A stretch of 25,540 nt of DNA from a virus. Its lineage: Duplodnaviria; Caudoviricetes. The stretch is taken from IMG/VR virus record IMGVR_UViG_3300020462_000042, positions 1 through 25,540 of that record. One strand, written 5' to 3'. Each line of letters begins with the position of its first letter. Position 1 is the first letter of the stretch. Both the position numbers and the translations under genes were made by a program. Under the pieces are notes generated by a model that saw only the letters and a list, made by a program, of their open reading frames with translations, was not told the DNA's origin and made no database searches. Below are positions 15,197-23,787 of this stretch, piece after piece.

Positions 15197-16199
15197 TTAA
15201 TAATATATCCTTAAATTGTTTATAACAGTTTTCCCAAGTCCATTTTTTAGACATTGTGAATACTTTTTTTCTATCTAAATGCAAACAACCTCGTATTGCA
15301 CTTTCCAAGTTATCTTCCATATAACCATTATATCCGTGTTTAATAATATCAATAGGGCCGATAACTGGATAAGATGCAACTGGTGTACCACACGCCATAG
15401 CCTCAATTTGCACCACACCAAATGTATCAACTTTACTTGGAAATACAAACACATCAGCATTTTGATAATATTTTGCTAACTCTTGACCAACTTTTTTACC
15501 TACAAATTTAACATCTGGATATTTTTTTTTAAGTGTTTTTAAATATGGCCCATCACCTACTAATATTTTTATTGATTCTGGATATTCTAAACCACAAAAA
15601 TCATCTAATCCCTTTTCGTGTGAAACTCTACTGACACACAATAATATATTTTTACTTGTCTTTTTATATTTTTTACTAGGTTTAAATATATTTCTATCTA
15701 CACCTCTTGACCAAGCTTTTATATCTTGTGTAAACCCTTTTTCTTTTAACATCTTAACCATAGATTTGGTTGTAGTTAAAATAGTGGTAGAACCCTCATA
15801 GACTTTATGCATATATTTCCAACCAATATTAGATTTAATTATTGGTATTCTTTTTTCAACAAACTCTGGAAACAATGTATGTAAACTCGTAGAAAAGGGT
15901 ATGTTTAATCTCTTACAAGTTCTAACAAAGTTTAAACCAATAGGTGCCTCAGGCGTTGCTATGTGAATGTGTTCCCATTTTTGTTTTTTAAGTAACTTTC
16001 TGATACCACAAGGAAAAGGAACTCCAATAGTTATTTCTTTATAAAGTGGTAATGGAAATCTAATCTTACATCTGCCTGGATGGTAAACATGAATAGTATC
16101 ACCTTGTTTTTTTGCTTGGTCAACAAGGTTTACAAGTGTAGTAACAACACCATTAACTTGTGGTTTCCAAGCATCAGTTACTAATAATATTTTAGACAT
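15183..16199 (-). CDS. GT4 glycosyltransferase (Agt-like glycolipid synthase)
   Basis: LVTDAWKPQVNGVVTTL, HIATPE, HTLFPEF, RGVD, DVFVFPSKVDTFGVVQIEAMACGTPV. Confidence 0.85.
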   Translation of the reverse strand: MSKILLVTDAWKPQVNGVVTTLVNLVDQAKKQGDTIHVYHPGRCKIRFPLPLYKEITIGVPFPCGIRKLLKKQKWEHIHIATPEAPIGLNFVRTCKRLNIPFSTSLHTLFPEFVEKRIPIIKSNIGWKYMHKVYEGSTTILTTTKSMVKMLKEKGFTQDIKAWSRGVDRNIFKPSKKYKKTSKNILLCVSRVSHEKGLDDFCGLEYPESIKILVGDGPYLKTLKKKYPDVKFVGKKVGQELAKYYQNADVFVFPSKVDTFGVVQIEAMACGTPVASYPVIGPIDIIKHGYNGYMEDNLESAIRGCLHLDRKKVFTMSKKWTWENCYKQFKDILLNVQT

Positions 16200-16923
16200 A
16201 ATTTATAATCTTAAATGTTCCGTTTTTCTCTTCAACTAATGCTGAACAACTTTCTACCCAGTCTCCACAGTTCATATAGTCAATTCCATTAATTTTTTTG
16301 ATAGCTGGTGTATGAATGTGTCCACATATTACACCATCATATTGTTTTTCTTTACAATAATTTGATATGAGTTCTTCAAATTTTAAAATAAAATTAAGTG
16401 CTTCTTTAGTTTTAGACTTTAAAAACTTACTTAAAGACCATTGTTTTAGTCCAAATAAATTTCTTAATCTGTTAAGATTTAAGTTTAACATTATTAACCA
16501 AGCATATAATTTATCACCAAAAAACATTAACCATTTAAAGTTTTTATTCATCAATCTATCAAACAAATCGCCGTGAATTATAAGGTATCTTTTTCCATTT
16601 ATTGCGTGGTAATCCGTTTTGTTTAATATTCTAACTTTTCCAAAACTTATTTCAAATCTTAAAAACTTTCTCAAATATTCATCGTGATTTCCAATAATAT
16701 AATAAACTCTTGTTCCGTGTTTTGCTTTACCTAATATTCTTCTAATAACATTAGCGTGACTTGATGGCATATACCATCTATTTTTCAAACGCCACCCATC
16801 AATGATATCTCCTACAAGATATAAATTTTCACAATTATTTTTTTTAAGAAAATCATTTAGTTGTTTTGCTTGACAACCTCTAGTACCTAAATGAACATCA
16901 CTTATAAAAATAGATTTATACAT
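16192..16923 (-). CDS. plcP: PlcP-like metallophosphoesterase (phospholipase C / LpxH2 family)
   Basis: FISDVHLG, LVGDIIDGW, GNHDE, HGDLFD, CGHIH, NCGDWVES; directly upstream of the GT4 gene. Confidence 0.8.
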   Translation of the reverse strand: MYKSIFISDVHLGTRGCQAKQLNDFLKKNNCENLYLVGDIIDGWRLKNRWYMPSSHANVIRRILGKAKHGTRVYYIIGNHDEYLRKFLRFEISFGKVRILNKTDYHAINGKRYLIIHGDLFDRLMNKNFKWLMFFGDKLYAWLIMLNLNLNRLRNLFGLKQWSLSKFLKSKTKEALNFILKFEELISNYCKEKQYDGVICGHIHTPAIKKINGIDYMNCGDWVESCSALVEEKNGTFKIINYV

Positions 16924-17383
16924 TTAATCCTTTTGTATATACAGTTTTACCATTTATTCTTGATGCTGTCAATACCGATTTCCTATTTCCTTCTTTTTTA
17001 TATGATACATGAGTCCACCCAGAGTTAGGGTCGCCTGGTGTATAGAACTCTAAAATTAACTGGTCAAAATCTAAATTATCGTGAATAAATCTTGATACTT
17101 CTTCAGTTGATGCATGAACACATTCTATATCAACTGCTTCACCTTTACAATGTTGTGATTTTGATGAACCACCAATCTTTGCATTTAGTTCTGGACTTCT
17201 ATATCCAGATGTAATAATTGTTACACCAAACTTTTCTCTAACTGGTTGCACAACATTTTCAAATAATCTTTCTGCATTTGTTCTGTGTTCTGAACTCATT
17301 TCATTATCTATTCCATGTCGTGTTGCAGTTTGTGATTTAACATATTCTGCAACTGTAAAATTTGCACTTAATTTTTCACTCAT
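16916..17383 (-). CDS. Peptidase M15A (endolysin-like)
   Basis: LSANFT, ITSGYRSPELN, SQHCKGEAVD, FDQLILE, WTHVSY. Confidence 0.9.
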   Translation of the reverse strand: MSEKLSANFTVAEYVKSQTATRHGIDNEMSSEHRTNAERLFENVVQPVREKFGVTIITSGYRSPELNAKIGGSSKSQHCKGEAVDIECVHASTEEVSRFIHDNLDFDQLILEFYTPGDPNSGWTHVSYKKEGNRKSVLTASRINGKTVYTKGLNV

Positions 17384-17487
17384 TAAAATTCCTTTTTAAT
17401 TTGACATTGACAATCTTCATCCCAACCAAATTGAATATTTGAACAACTTGACAAAAGAAGTGTTGTAATAATAAAAAATATTTTCAT
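17383..17487 (-). CDS. Small lipoprotein (34 aa), not in the ORF track
   Basis: MKIFFIITTLLLSSC-SNIQFGWDEDCQCQIKKEF; lipobox LSSC; TAATG overlaps on both sides. Confidence 0.7.
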   Translation of the reverse strand: MKIFFIITTLLLSSCSNIQFGWDEDCQCQIKKEF

Positions 17488-17699
17488 TATATACAACTTC
17501 CCTCTGGATATGCACCATTTTCCTCTGGTGATTTTCCGTGTTTCAAATAATAATCTCTTGCCTTACGAATATTCGCACCGTGATGATTTGACATTCCACA
17601 CCATTTTTTAATGTAGTCGTTTTCTGGGTCAAGTCTTAATACTTCTTTCACTAATGTTTCTTGTATTCTCCAATCCCAAGCTTGTTTTGTACTTTGCAT
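17487..17699 (-). CDS. Hypothetical protein
   Basis: ORF with GGAG RBS between phoH and the lipoprotein gene. Confidence 0.65.
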   Translation of the reverse strand: MQSTKQAWDWRIQETLVKEVLRLDPENDYIKKWCGMSNHHGANIRKARDYYLKHGKSPEENGAYPEGSCI

Positions 17700-17705
17700 A
17701 ATATA

Positions 17706-18410
17706 TTACTCTCCTAGACCAAGTTTTGTTTTTTCTATTAAATATGAGCGAACAAAACCAGAACGAACAATATCACCTATCGTAAATTCTACTGTTTCAA
17801 ATTCTTTCATTTGTTCTAATATTCTCATAAAATCTTGTAGTCCTTCTTTTTCACTCATCTTGGTCAAATCTGATTGAAAGAAATCACCACAAAATATAAT
17901 TCTACTGTCTTGACCAACTCTTGTAACAATCGTATCTAATTCGTGAAAGTTACAGTTTTGAGATTCGTCAACAATTACGACAGCGTTATCTAATGTTATA
18001 CCACGAAGATATGAAGTTGTCAAGAAGGTAACACTACCTTGATTCTTTAATCTGTCGTATAACATACTAAATGCATTATCACTTGATTGTTCAAACATAA
18101 ACTGAACCATATTATGATAGGGTACTTGGTACAATGCAGACTTATCCTCTTCATCACCAGGCAGAAACCCCATATCTCTCGTAGGAACAACTGAACGAAT
18201 AATGATAACATTTTCATATTTACTCTTTGGGTCTAATACTTGTTCTAGTGCAAGGTAAAGTGATATAAAAGTTTTGCCTGTTCCAGCTGCACCAAACAAA
18301 AACAAATTCTTATTTTCTTTTCTCCAGGCATTAAATACTACCTTTTGATTATCTGTAATTGGTTTTACAGTAACTAAGTTATCTAATTTAATATCTTGTT
18401 TCTTACTCAT
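17706..18410 (-). CDS. phoH: PhoH-family ATPase
   Basis: GAAGTGKT, GFLPGD, YLRGITLDN, DESQN, TRVG, GDFFQSD, DIVRSG. Confidence 0.95.
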   Translation of the reverse strand: MSKKQDIKLDNLVTVKPITDNQKVVFNAWRKENKNLFLFGAAGTGKTFISLYLALEQVLDPKSKYENVIIIRSVVPTRDMGFLPGDEEDKSALYQVPYHNMVQFMFEQSSDNAFSMLYDRLKNQGSVTFLTTSYLRGITLDNAVVIVDESQNCNFHELDTIVTRVGQDSRIIFCGDFFQSDLTKMSEKEGLQDFMRILEQMKEFETVEFTIGDIVRSGFVRSYLIEKTKLGLGE

Positions 18411-19119
18411 AATTTTCCTCGTAATTGTTTCCTAAATTGTCAGTATATACTATTTTTTCTATATCACCACTAAACAAAGTGAAGTAATGATTTTGTGATA
18501 TACCGATTGTTCCCTCATATGAGAATATACCTTTACTTGTTTTAACAACAACAGAGTCAATATAATCTGCTGGTATTTCTGTTCTAGTTAATTGATTAAA
18601 TTGTAATCCAGAATAGTTTGGGTGATTGAATTGAATTTTCTTTTTATCAAAATGTAGTTTGTCATCAATAATATCTATTTTATCTTTTGGTACATCATTA
18701 TCAACTATTGGTGTTGCAGAACAACCACCAGCTGCCTTGATATACTTTCTGTTAACATATAAATTACCATCTATATCTTCTGCAACAACAGTTAAATGAG
18801 TGTATGCATTTACTCTTATATTAGTTTCTATGTATGGTAGTAAACCTACAAATTCAAATGTTGCACAACAAGGTGTTGGATTTTCATCAATGATTAAAGT
18901 GAATTTAATTAAATCTTTTGACTTTGTTGTGATAACAATAGGAACATCACCACTATCTATTGCACGATAAGGTGAATCAATAATTATGTCTTTAGTTTGT
19001 ACAATCTTTTGAGAACCATACAAATTATTTTTTAACCATTCATTCCAACTATCTGAACAAACAGATAATGGAAACAGTAAAATGAAAAGACTAAGGACTA
19101 CGCTTTTTATGTTTATCAT
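18403..19119 (-). CDS. Quinoprotein dehydrogenase-associated SoxYZ-like carrier (secreted fusion)
   Basis: Signal peptide; SoxY-like SPYRA, LIIDENPTP, TNIRVNAY, KAAGGCSA fused to SoxZ-like HPNYSGLQFNQLT, IPADYI, ISQN. Confidence 0.8.
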   Translation of the reverse strand: MINIKSVVLSLFILLFPLSVCSDSWNEWLKNNLYGSQKIVQTKDIIIDSPYRAIDSGDVPIVITTKSKDLIKFTLIIDENPTPCCATFEFVGLLPYIETNIRVNAYTHLTVVAEDIDGNLYVNRKYIKAAGGCSATPIVDNDVPKDKIDIIDDKLHFDKKKIQFNHPNYSGLQFNQLTRTEIPADYIDSVVVKTSKGIFSYEGTIGISQNHYFTLFSGDIEKIVYTDNLGNNYEENYE

Positions 19120-19393
19120 ATGCTCTTTTTGCTTTTATTTTCCTAATTGATTTTTTACCATATCTTTCTGCAAGTGGGCTGGTAGGGTGTTTTTCTGCAA
19201 TCTTACTAAACACCTCTCTCATACCAGAATCACCTTTTTCACTTTTAGTAACCCCACTAACCACATTCATATTTAAATAATCAGCAGATTCAATATTCGG
19301 ATTATTTTTTAAATACTCTACTTTCTCATCGTAGGACATAAATTCATCAAAATATTTATCTTCTTGTTTGTTATAGAAATCGTATCTAGGCAT
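19091..19393 (-). CDS. FmdB-like small protein of T4-like phages (start corrected to MPRYDF)
   Basis: MPRYDF, YLKNNPNI, EVFSKIAEKHP. Confidence 0.6.
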   Translation of the reverse strand: MPRYDFYNKQEDKYFDEFMSYDEKVEYLKNNPNIESADYLNMNVVSGVTKSEKGDSGMREVFSKIAEKHPTSPLAERYGKKSIRKIKAKRAYDKHKKRSP

Positions 19394-19583
19394 CTTTACT
19401 TTCATTAAAACCATATTCTTCTGTAAGTTCTGCTTTCAAATCATTCGCTCTTTCTTGAATATAATTTTTTGCAGTATGAACATAACCCATATCTTCTGGG
19501 CCATTATCTTCAATAAATTTATCTGCAATTCTTACTTCTTCAAGTAACCATAATAATTTATCAAGTTTAGTTGGTCTTTTCAT
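19386..19583 (-). CDS. Hypothetical protein
   Basis: ORF overlapping both neighbours. Confidence 0.65.
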   Translation of the reverse strand: MKRPTKLDKLLWLLEEVRIADKFIEDNGPEDMGYVHTAKNYIQERANDLKAELTEEYGFNESKDA

Positions 19584-19782
19584 TTTTAAGTTCCCTTATT
19601 GTTTCGTTAAGTTCTTTTATTCTAATGTATAAATTTTGTATTTGTTTCTGCATTTGTGCAATCTCAAACTGATACAATTCATCTTTACCTAACCAGTTTT
19701 TTTTTAAATCTTCTCTTTGTTTTTTCACCTCTTTACTTTCTAAATATTCTAAATCACCTTTATTGATGTGTTCATTAATCAT
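19567..19782 (-). CDS. Coiled-coil hypothetical protein (start probably MINEH)
   Basis: ATGA overlap with the upstream gene; heptad-like C-terminus. Confidence 0.6.
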   Translation of the reverse strand: MINEHINKGDLEYLESKEVKKQREDLKKNWLGKDELYQFEIAQMQKQIQNLYIRIKELNETIRELKNEKTN

Positions 19783-20336
19783 ATCCCAATATCCTTTTCT
19801 TGAAACCATGATGGTACACTCCTATTTTTCCAAGTCGCAAATTTAGTCTTTTCTTTTATATAGTAGTTCTTATATGCAGCTAAAGGATTATTAGGTATTT
19901 TACAATATTCTGGCATACATTGAGGCATCTGTGTAATCTCTGGTGTCATATTAATATTTTGTGGTAACATATTTAAATATGGTATTCTATCTTCTACTGA
20001 ATGTCTTTTACCATATCTATATGTAAACTCTTTTAATAAATGTTTTAATAAATGTAGTAACCAAGAATAATTACCTTTGGTTTCTCTACACCATATCGCA
20101 GATGGGTGTTTCGTATGACACGCTAACATTAGATTCTTATCCATAAAATCCACTGGGTGTTTCCACCTTTTTACATTTCTACCAGTTTTAGATTTACCGA
20201 CAAATTCTTTTCCGTCTAATAATCTATGTGCAGTTGATAATAGTTGTGCATACTCTACACACATTTTTACAGCGTGTTTATCACAATGTTCCAAAGATGC
20301 AATCTTTGGGTCTTCATTAATATAAAATATATTCAC
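19779..20336 (-). CDS. DenV-like pyrimidine-dimer DNA glycosylase family protein
   Basis: MNIFY, HCDKHAVKM, EYAQLLSTAH, HPSAIW, RYGKRH, PQCMP, AYKNYY. Confidence 0.8.
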   Translation of the reverse strand: MNIFYINEDPKIASLEHCDKHAVKMCVEYAQLLSTAHRLLDGKEFVGKSKTGRNVKRWKHPVDFMDKNLMLACHTKHPSAIWCRETKGNYSWLLHLLKHLLKEFTYRYGKRHSVEDRIPYLNMLPQNINMTPEITQMPQCMPEYCKIPNNPLAAYKNYYIKEKTKFATWKNRSVPSWFQEKDIGI

Positions 20337-20337
20337 A

Positions 20338-20994
20338 TTATCTCCTTCTATAAAAAATGTGTCTACCTATTTTTACTGTTTTTTCAAAATGTCTTGACCA
20401 TTTTGGTTTAACATAGTCAGCGTGATAATACAACGCTCCGTCTGTAATGTCAAGTAGTGTTTTAAAATTTGATGCAACTAAACCCTCTGCAAGAACATAT
20501 AGTTGATTATATGTGTAGTGGTCTTTTATCTCATCTGATTTACCATCACAGTACCAACTGAATTGACACATATGTTTGATAGGTTTTTTCAAACCTTTTT
20601 CTTTTAACCACCATTGTGATATTTTTGCATCTTCTATAACACCACAAATTGTGTTTGGATATATTTCACTTTTTACTCTGTTTAAAACTACATTGGTTAC
20701 ACCTAGAACTCCAGCAGTTCCTTCATTACGAGCTTCAAAATACATATTCTTTGCAAGACAAGTTATTTCTTTTTTGTCAATATACCTATCGTATTTTGCA
20801 ATTTCCATATATTGCATTTGTGGAATTCTTTCTGGTCTATTGATACCAGCGATAACAATGAATGTTGCTAATATTGTAGTAAATAGTTTAAAAAACACTC
20901 TGTACCCCTCATCTATATTTTTGAATTGTAGGGAACGGTCTGGTAATCCAACTTGTTCCCTTACAATTCTGGGTTTAGAATAAGTCTTGGTCAT
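20338..20994 (-). CDS. Cell wall hydrolase (SleB/Hydrolase_2) with N-terminal TM segment
   Basis: CLAKNMYFEARNE, VVLNRV, YPNTICGV, CQFSWYCDG, GALYYHADYVKPKW, IGRHIFY. Confidence 0.92.
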   Translation of the reverse strand: MTKTYSKPRIVREQVGLPDRSLQFKNIDEGYRVFFKLFTTILATFIVIAGINRPERIPQMQYMEIAKYDRYIDKKEITCLAKNMYFEARNEGTAGVLGVTNVVLNRVKSEIYPNTICGVIEDAKISQWWLKEKGLKKPIKHMCQFSWYCDGKSDEIKDHYTYNQLYVLAEGLVASNFKTLLDITDGALYYHADYVKPKWSRHFEKTVKIGRHIFYRRR

Positions 20995-21139
20995 CTTCCT
21001 TATTCATCATATAAGTGCCAAGACTCATAAACCCAATTCCAGCGACTGCGAGGATGGAAAGAGTAGTGAGAGAGGCGTCACCATCAACAGCACCAGCCGC
21101 AAGAATACTGAATAAAAATCCAATCATAAAATAAATCAT
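20975..21139 (-). CDS. Small two-TM membrane protein (54 aa), not in the ORF track
   Basis: MIYFMIGFLFSILAAGAVDGDASLTTLSILAVAGIGFMSLGTYMMNKEDDQDLF; promoter upstream. Confidence 0.65.
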   Translation of the reverse strand: MIYFMIGFLFSILAAGAVDGDASLTTLSILAVAGIGFMSLGTYMMNKEDDQDLF

Positions 21140-21169
21140 AATATACCTATAAATAAAATGTTAATAATT

Positions 21170-21203
21170 ATTATAATACCATATTATTTTAATATGTCAA
21201 CCC
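21170..21203 (-). promoter_or_regulatory. Sigma70-type promoter (GGGTTGAC family)
   Basis: gggTTGACA-N16 (ending TGg)-TATTATAAT. Confidence 0.7.
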
Positions 21204-21682
21204 TATGCAGATTTTTTATAATCTTTATGATTAACATTTAAAAAATTGTCATCCCAATCAAATGCCTCTTGTACCACTTGTTTTGATAACCCCTTATATT
21301 TTTGATGTAATTTCTTATCTTTTGCAAGTATTAAAACTTCTGCTTCACCCTCTTGTAATCCCTCTAACATTTGGACAAACATTGTTTCACATTTAACTTG
21401 TTTTAATTTATCATTTCCACCTTTAATAAAATGAAAAAGTTTACTCGCTTCTTGTTCTAATCTTGTGTGTTCAGTTCCCTCTGGTGCATCATTTTTAATA
21501 AATGGTACATCACCGTCTGGTAATCTCCACACAATTTTAGGGTCAAAACTAGATTTTAAAACCATCTTCAACCCATCACTTTTATATTTTCTTAATACAT
21601 TTATTTTTTTATCTTTAACCTTTGCATTGTTAACCATAGTTAATACTTCGTGCATCAAAGGTCTTACAACATCATATGCCAT
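21203..21682 (-). CDS. Conserved T4-like hypothetical protein (rnh neighbour)
   Basis: LPDGDVPF, LFHFIKGG, ETMFVQMLEGL, KDKKL, YKGL. Confidence 0.8.
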   Translation of the reverse strand: MAYDVVRPLMHEVLTMVNNAKVKDKKINVLRKYKSDGLKMVLKSSFDPKIVWRLPDGDVPFIKNDAPEGTEHTRLEQEASKLFHFIKGGNDKLKQVKCETMFVQMLEGLQEGEAEVLILAKDKKLHQKYKGLSKQVVQEAFDWDDNFLNVNHKDYKKSA

Positions 21683-22527
21683 TAAAAATCTCCTAGTTTT
21701 TCAGTCAGCTCTTTTAGTCTGTGTTTCATAAAATAAGGTAGTATTTTACTCTTATCTTTTTGGGTAATTTTATCTACCCACTTATTATATATGAGTTCTC
21801 CCAACTCATTTGGTATACTGTCAAAGTCAATCAATGTTTTGTTCCTTTGATAGTTTCTTTTAATCTCACCCTCTGGAATACCATTTTCTTTCCACTCAGT
21901 TAATTTCTTTTTTGTTATTGGTCGTTGTCTTAAATCCTCTACAAAAACTGTATCTTGTGATAAAACATTTGGAACTCCATCACCTTTATCACCTCTAATA
22001 ATATGTTCAAATTTGTAGTGTTCTGGATTCGCATCAACTACATACTTTTTCAAAGTTGGTGAATATTGTTTTATATTTTCTTTTTGATGTAGTTGTATAA
22101 AATCTTTATCACCAGATATAATTAATATTTCCTCATATAAGTTTGGTGTAGAAGAAATCTTATTTGATAAAATCGCAATAATATCATCAGCCTCTGCACC
22201 ATCTATTTTTAAAACTTTATAAGGGAAATTTTCTTCTAACTCATTTTGAATTTTAGTTAGTATATCAAATAACTCATTCCAATCTAAACTACTTTCACTT
22301 CTTGCCTTCTTACGATTTTGTTTATAATAAGGAAAGTAATCTTTTCTCCAACAATATTTATCGTCATAACAAAGTACCAACTCACCAAAATCTTTACTGA
22401 ATTTTGTTTTATAAGACCTCAAGGAGTTTAGTACCATATGTCTTACTAAATCCTCACTTAAAGGTTCATCTTTCATCTGTATCATCAAATTACTTATTGT
22501 AACTTGATTCATATCAACTAATATCAT
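21682..22527 (-). CDS. rnh: T4 RNase H / 5'-3' exonuclease
   Basis: MILVDMNQ, WRKDYFPYYK, EADDII, ISGDKDFIQL, GDKGDGVPN. Confidence 0.95.
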   Translation of the reverse strand: MILVDMNQVTISNLMIQMKDEPLSEDLVRHMVLNSLRSYKTKFSKDFGELVLCYDDKYCWRKDYFPYYKQNRKKARSESSLDWNELFDILTKIQNELEENFPYKVLKIDGAEADDIIAILSNKISSTPNLYEEILIISGDKDFIQLHQKENIKQYSPTLKKYVVDANPEHYKFEHIIRGDKGDGVPNVLSQDTVFVEDLRQRPITKKKLTEWKENGIPEGEIKRNYQRNKTLIDFDSIPNELGELIYNKWVDKITQKDKSKILPYFMKHRLKELTEKLGDF

Positions 22528-22916
22528 TTATTCTTTTTTTTATCCAAAGCTTTCAAAAACTTGGGTATCAATTCCATTTTAAATATTGTGTTAGTATTAC
22601 CTTTTTTATCTTTTTCTTGAACCATAAACTTATCAACCAAAGGTTGCATTTCGTGATTAATATCTAAATCTCTATAAATAGAACTCTTGATTGATTCAAT
22701 AACAAAAGATAAATCTTTTATAAATGTTGGGTCATTAACTTTCAATCCATTATCATTTAATGAATGTACTAATTGTACTATTAAGGCTTCAGTAAGTTGG
22801 TCTGCAAAAGAGATATCCTCATTAAGTCTTAATAAGTTCTCATCTGGTTTAACTACTTTTCTTTTACCCTTAAATCTTTTAGGGAATTTAATTATGTTAT
22901 CGTTTTTCTTTTCCAT
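22524..22916 (-). CDS. Hypothetical protein (start corrected to MEKKND)
   Basis: NIIKFP motif; TATAAATA at 22922-22929 just upstream; the longer ORF overlaps its neighbour. Confidence 0.65.
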   Translation of the reverse strand: MEKKNDNIIKFPKRFKGKRKVVKPDENLLRLNEDISFADQLTEALIVQLVHSLNDNGLKVNDPTFIKDLSFVIESIKSSIYRDLDINHEMQPLVDKFMVQEKDKKGNTNTIFKMELIPKFLKALDKKKNK

Positions 22917-22924
22917 AATAATAT

Positions 22925-23167
22925 TTATATCCAATAGTTTATTAAACCAAAAACTGATATAATAAACCCAACAGAGTTTAATAATATGATAGAACCGTCT
23001 TTCCAAAAATATCCTACACTAACCCATACAACACTCCCTATGGTCATAAAGTATAGATTTAGTGGATAGATATTAAAAGATGTAAAACATAAGCCTATCA
23101 ACAATAGGAAAGAACCAAACCATTTTAAACCTCTAACTTCTCTAGTTTCTCTTTCTTTCTTATACAT
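22925..23167 (-). CDS. Small three-TM membrane protein
   Basis: LKWFGS, NIYPLN, hydrophobic helices. Confidence 0.7.
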   Translation of the reverse strand: MYKKERETREVRGLKWFGSFLLLIGLCFTSFNIYPLNLYFMTIGSVVWVSVGYFWKDGSIILLNSVGFIISVFGLINYWI

Positions 23168-23391
23168 CTTCTTGTACTCGCAGCCTTCTCTTTTCTTTTT
23201 CTTTCGTTCCTTGTTTCGTAATATTCTCTTTTACGAAGTTCATTGAACATATCTTCTTTTTGTAGTTTCTTTTTCAGTTTTCTAATTGCCTTGTCTACAT
23301 TTCCGTTCTCTACTGCAACAGCAGTACCAGGCAATCTTTTCTCTGGGAATCTTTTCTTTTTATTAAATTTATGAACTTGTTTGAATCGCAT
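23125..23391 (-). CDS. rpsU: Phage-encoded ribosomal protein bS21
   Basis: VAVENGNVDKAIRKLKKKLQKEDMFNELRKREYYETRNERKRKEK matches the bS21 pattern. Confidence 0.88.
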   Translation of the reverse strand: MRFKQVHKFNKKKRFPEKRLPGTAVAVENGNVDKAIRKLKKKLQKEDMFNELRKREYYETRNERKRKEKAASTRRCIRKKEKLEKLEV

Positions 23392-23566
23392 ACATATCCT
23401 CTATTAATTGATTAGTAACTTCTGCTTCATATTGGTCTACGCCAGTAAGAAATGCATTTATATCTGTTATTGATAGTTTTGTGATATCCGAAACATCTGC
23501 ACACTTCATAACATAGTCTACAATATGATTAGGGATATCTTCGTGTGTATTATAAAAATAAATCAT
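23369..23566 (-). CDS. Hypothetical protein
   Basis: ORF in the early cluster. Confidence 0.6.
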   Translation of the reverse strand: MIYFYNTHEDIPNHIVDYVMKCADVSDITKLSITDINAFLTGVDQYEAEVTNQLIEDMYAIQTSS

Positions 23567-23781
23567 TTATACCTTTCTAATTCTCTATCAATCATCTCAG
23601 AATAATGTTTAAGATAATTCACTCCAGATTCATTAATTCCGTGTTTTTCTGGATTAATAACTTTGTCGTTCATCATTTTAACAATCTCTTCAAGATTTTC
23701 AATAGCAAGTTGTTTATTAGTTTTAATTGGTTTTAAATCTTCAAAACTCAATGTAATACCAACTGTTTCTAAATTATTCAT
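23563..23781 (-). CDS. Hypothetical protein (probably leaderless)
   Basis: ATG lies 6 nt after a -10 hexamer; no RBS. Confidence 0.6.
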   Translation of the reverse strand: MNNLETVGITLSFEDLKPIKTNKQLAIENLEEIVKMMNDKVINPEKHGINESGVNYLKHYSEMIDRELERYK

Positions 23782-23787
23782 AATTAT

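Noticed and set aside
17400-17460. Pho box upstream of the M15-plcP-GT genes (TGTCA repeats)
   Set aside because: The repeats are not at 11-bp spacing and fall in Cys/Ser codons of the lipoprotein gene
18403-19119. Sulfur-oxidation soxY/soxZ auxiliary gene
   Set aside because: Lacks the free C-terminal GGCGG arm; the fused layout fits the quinoprotein-associated family better
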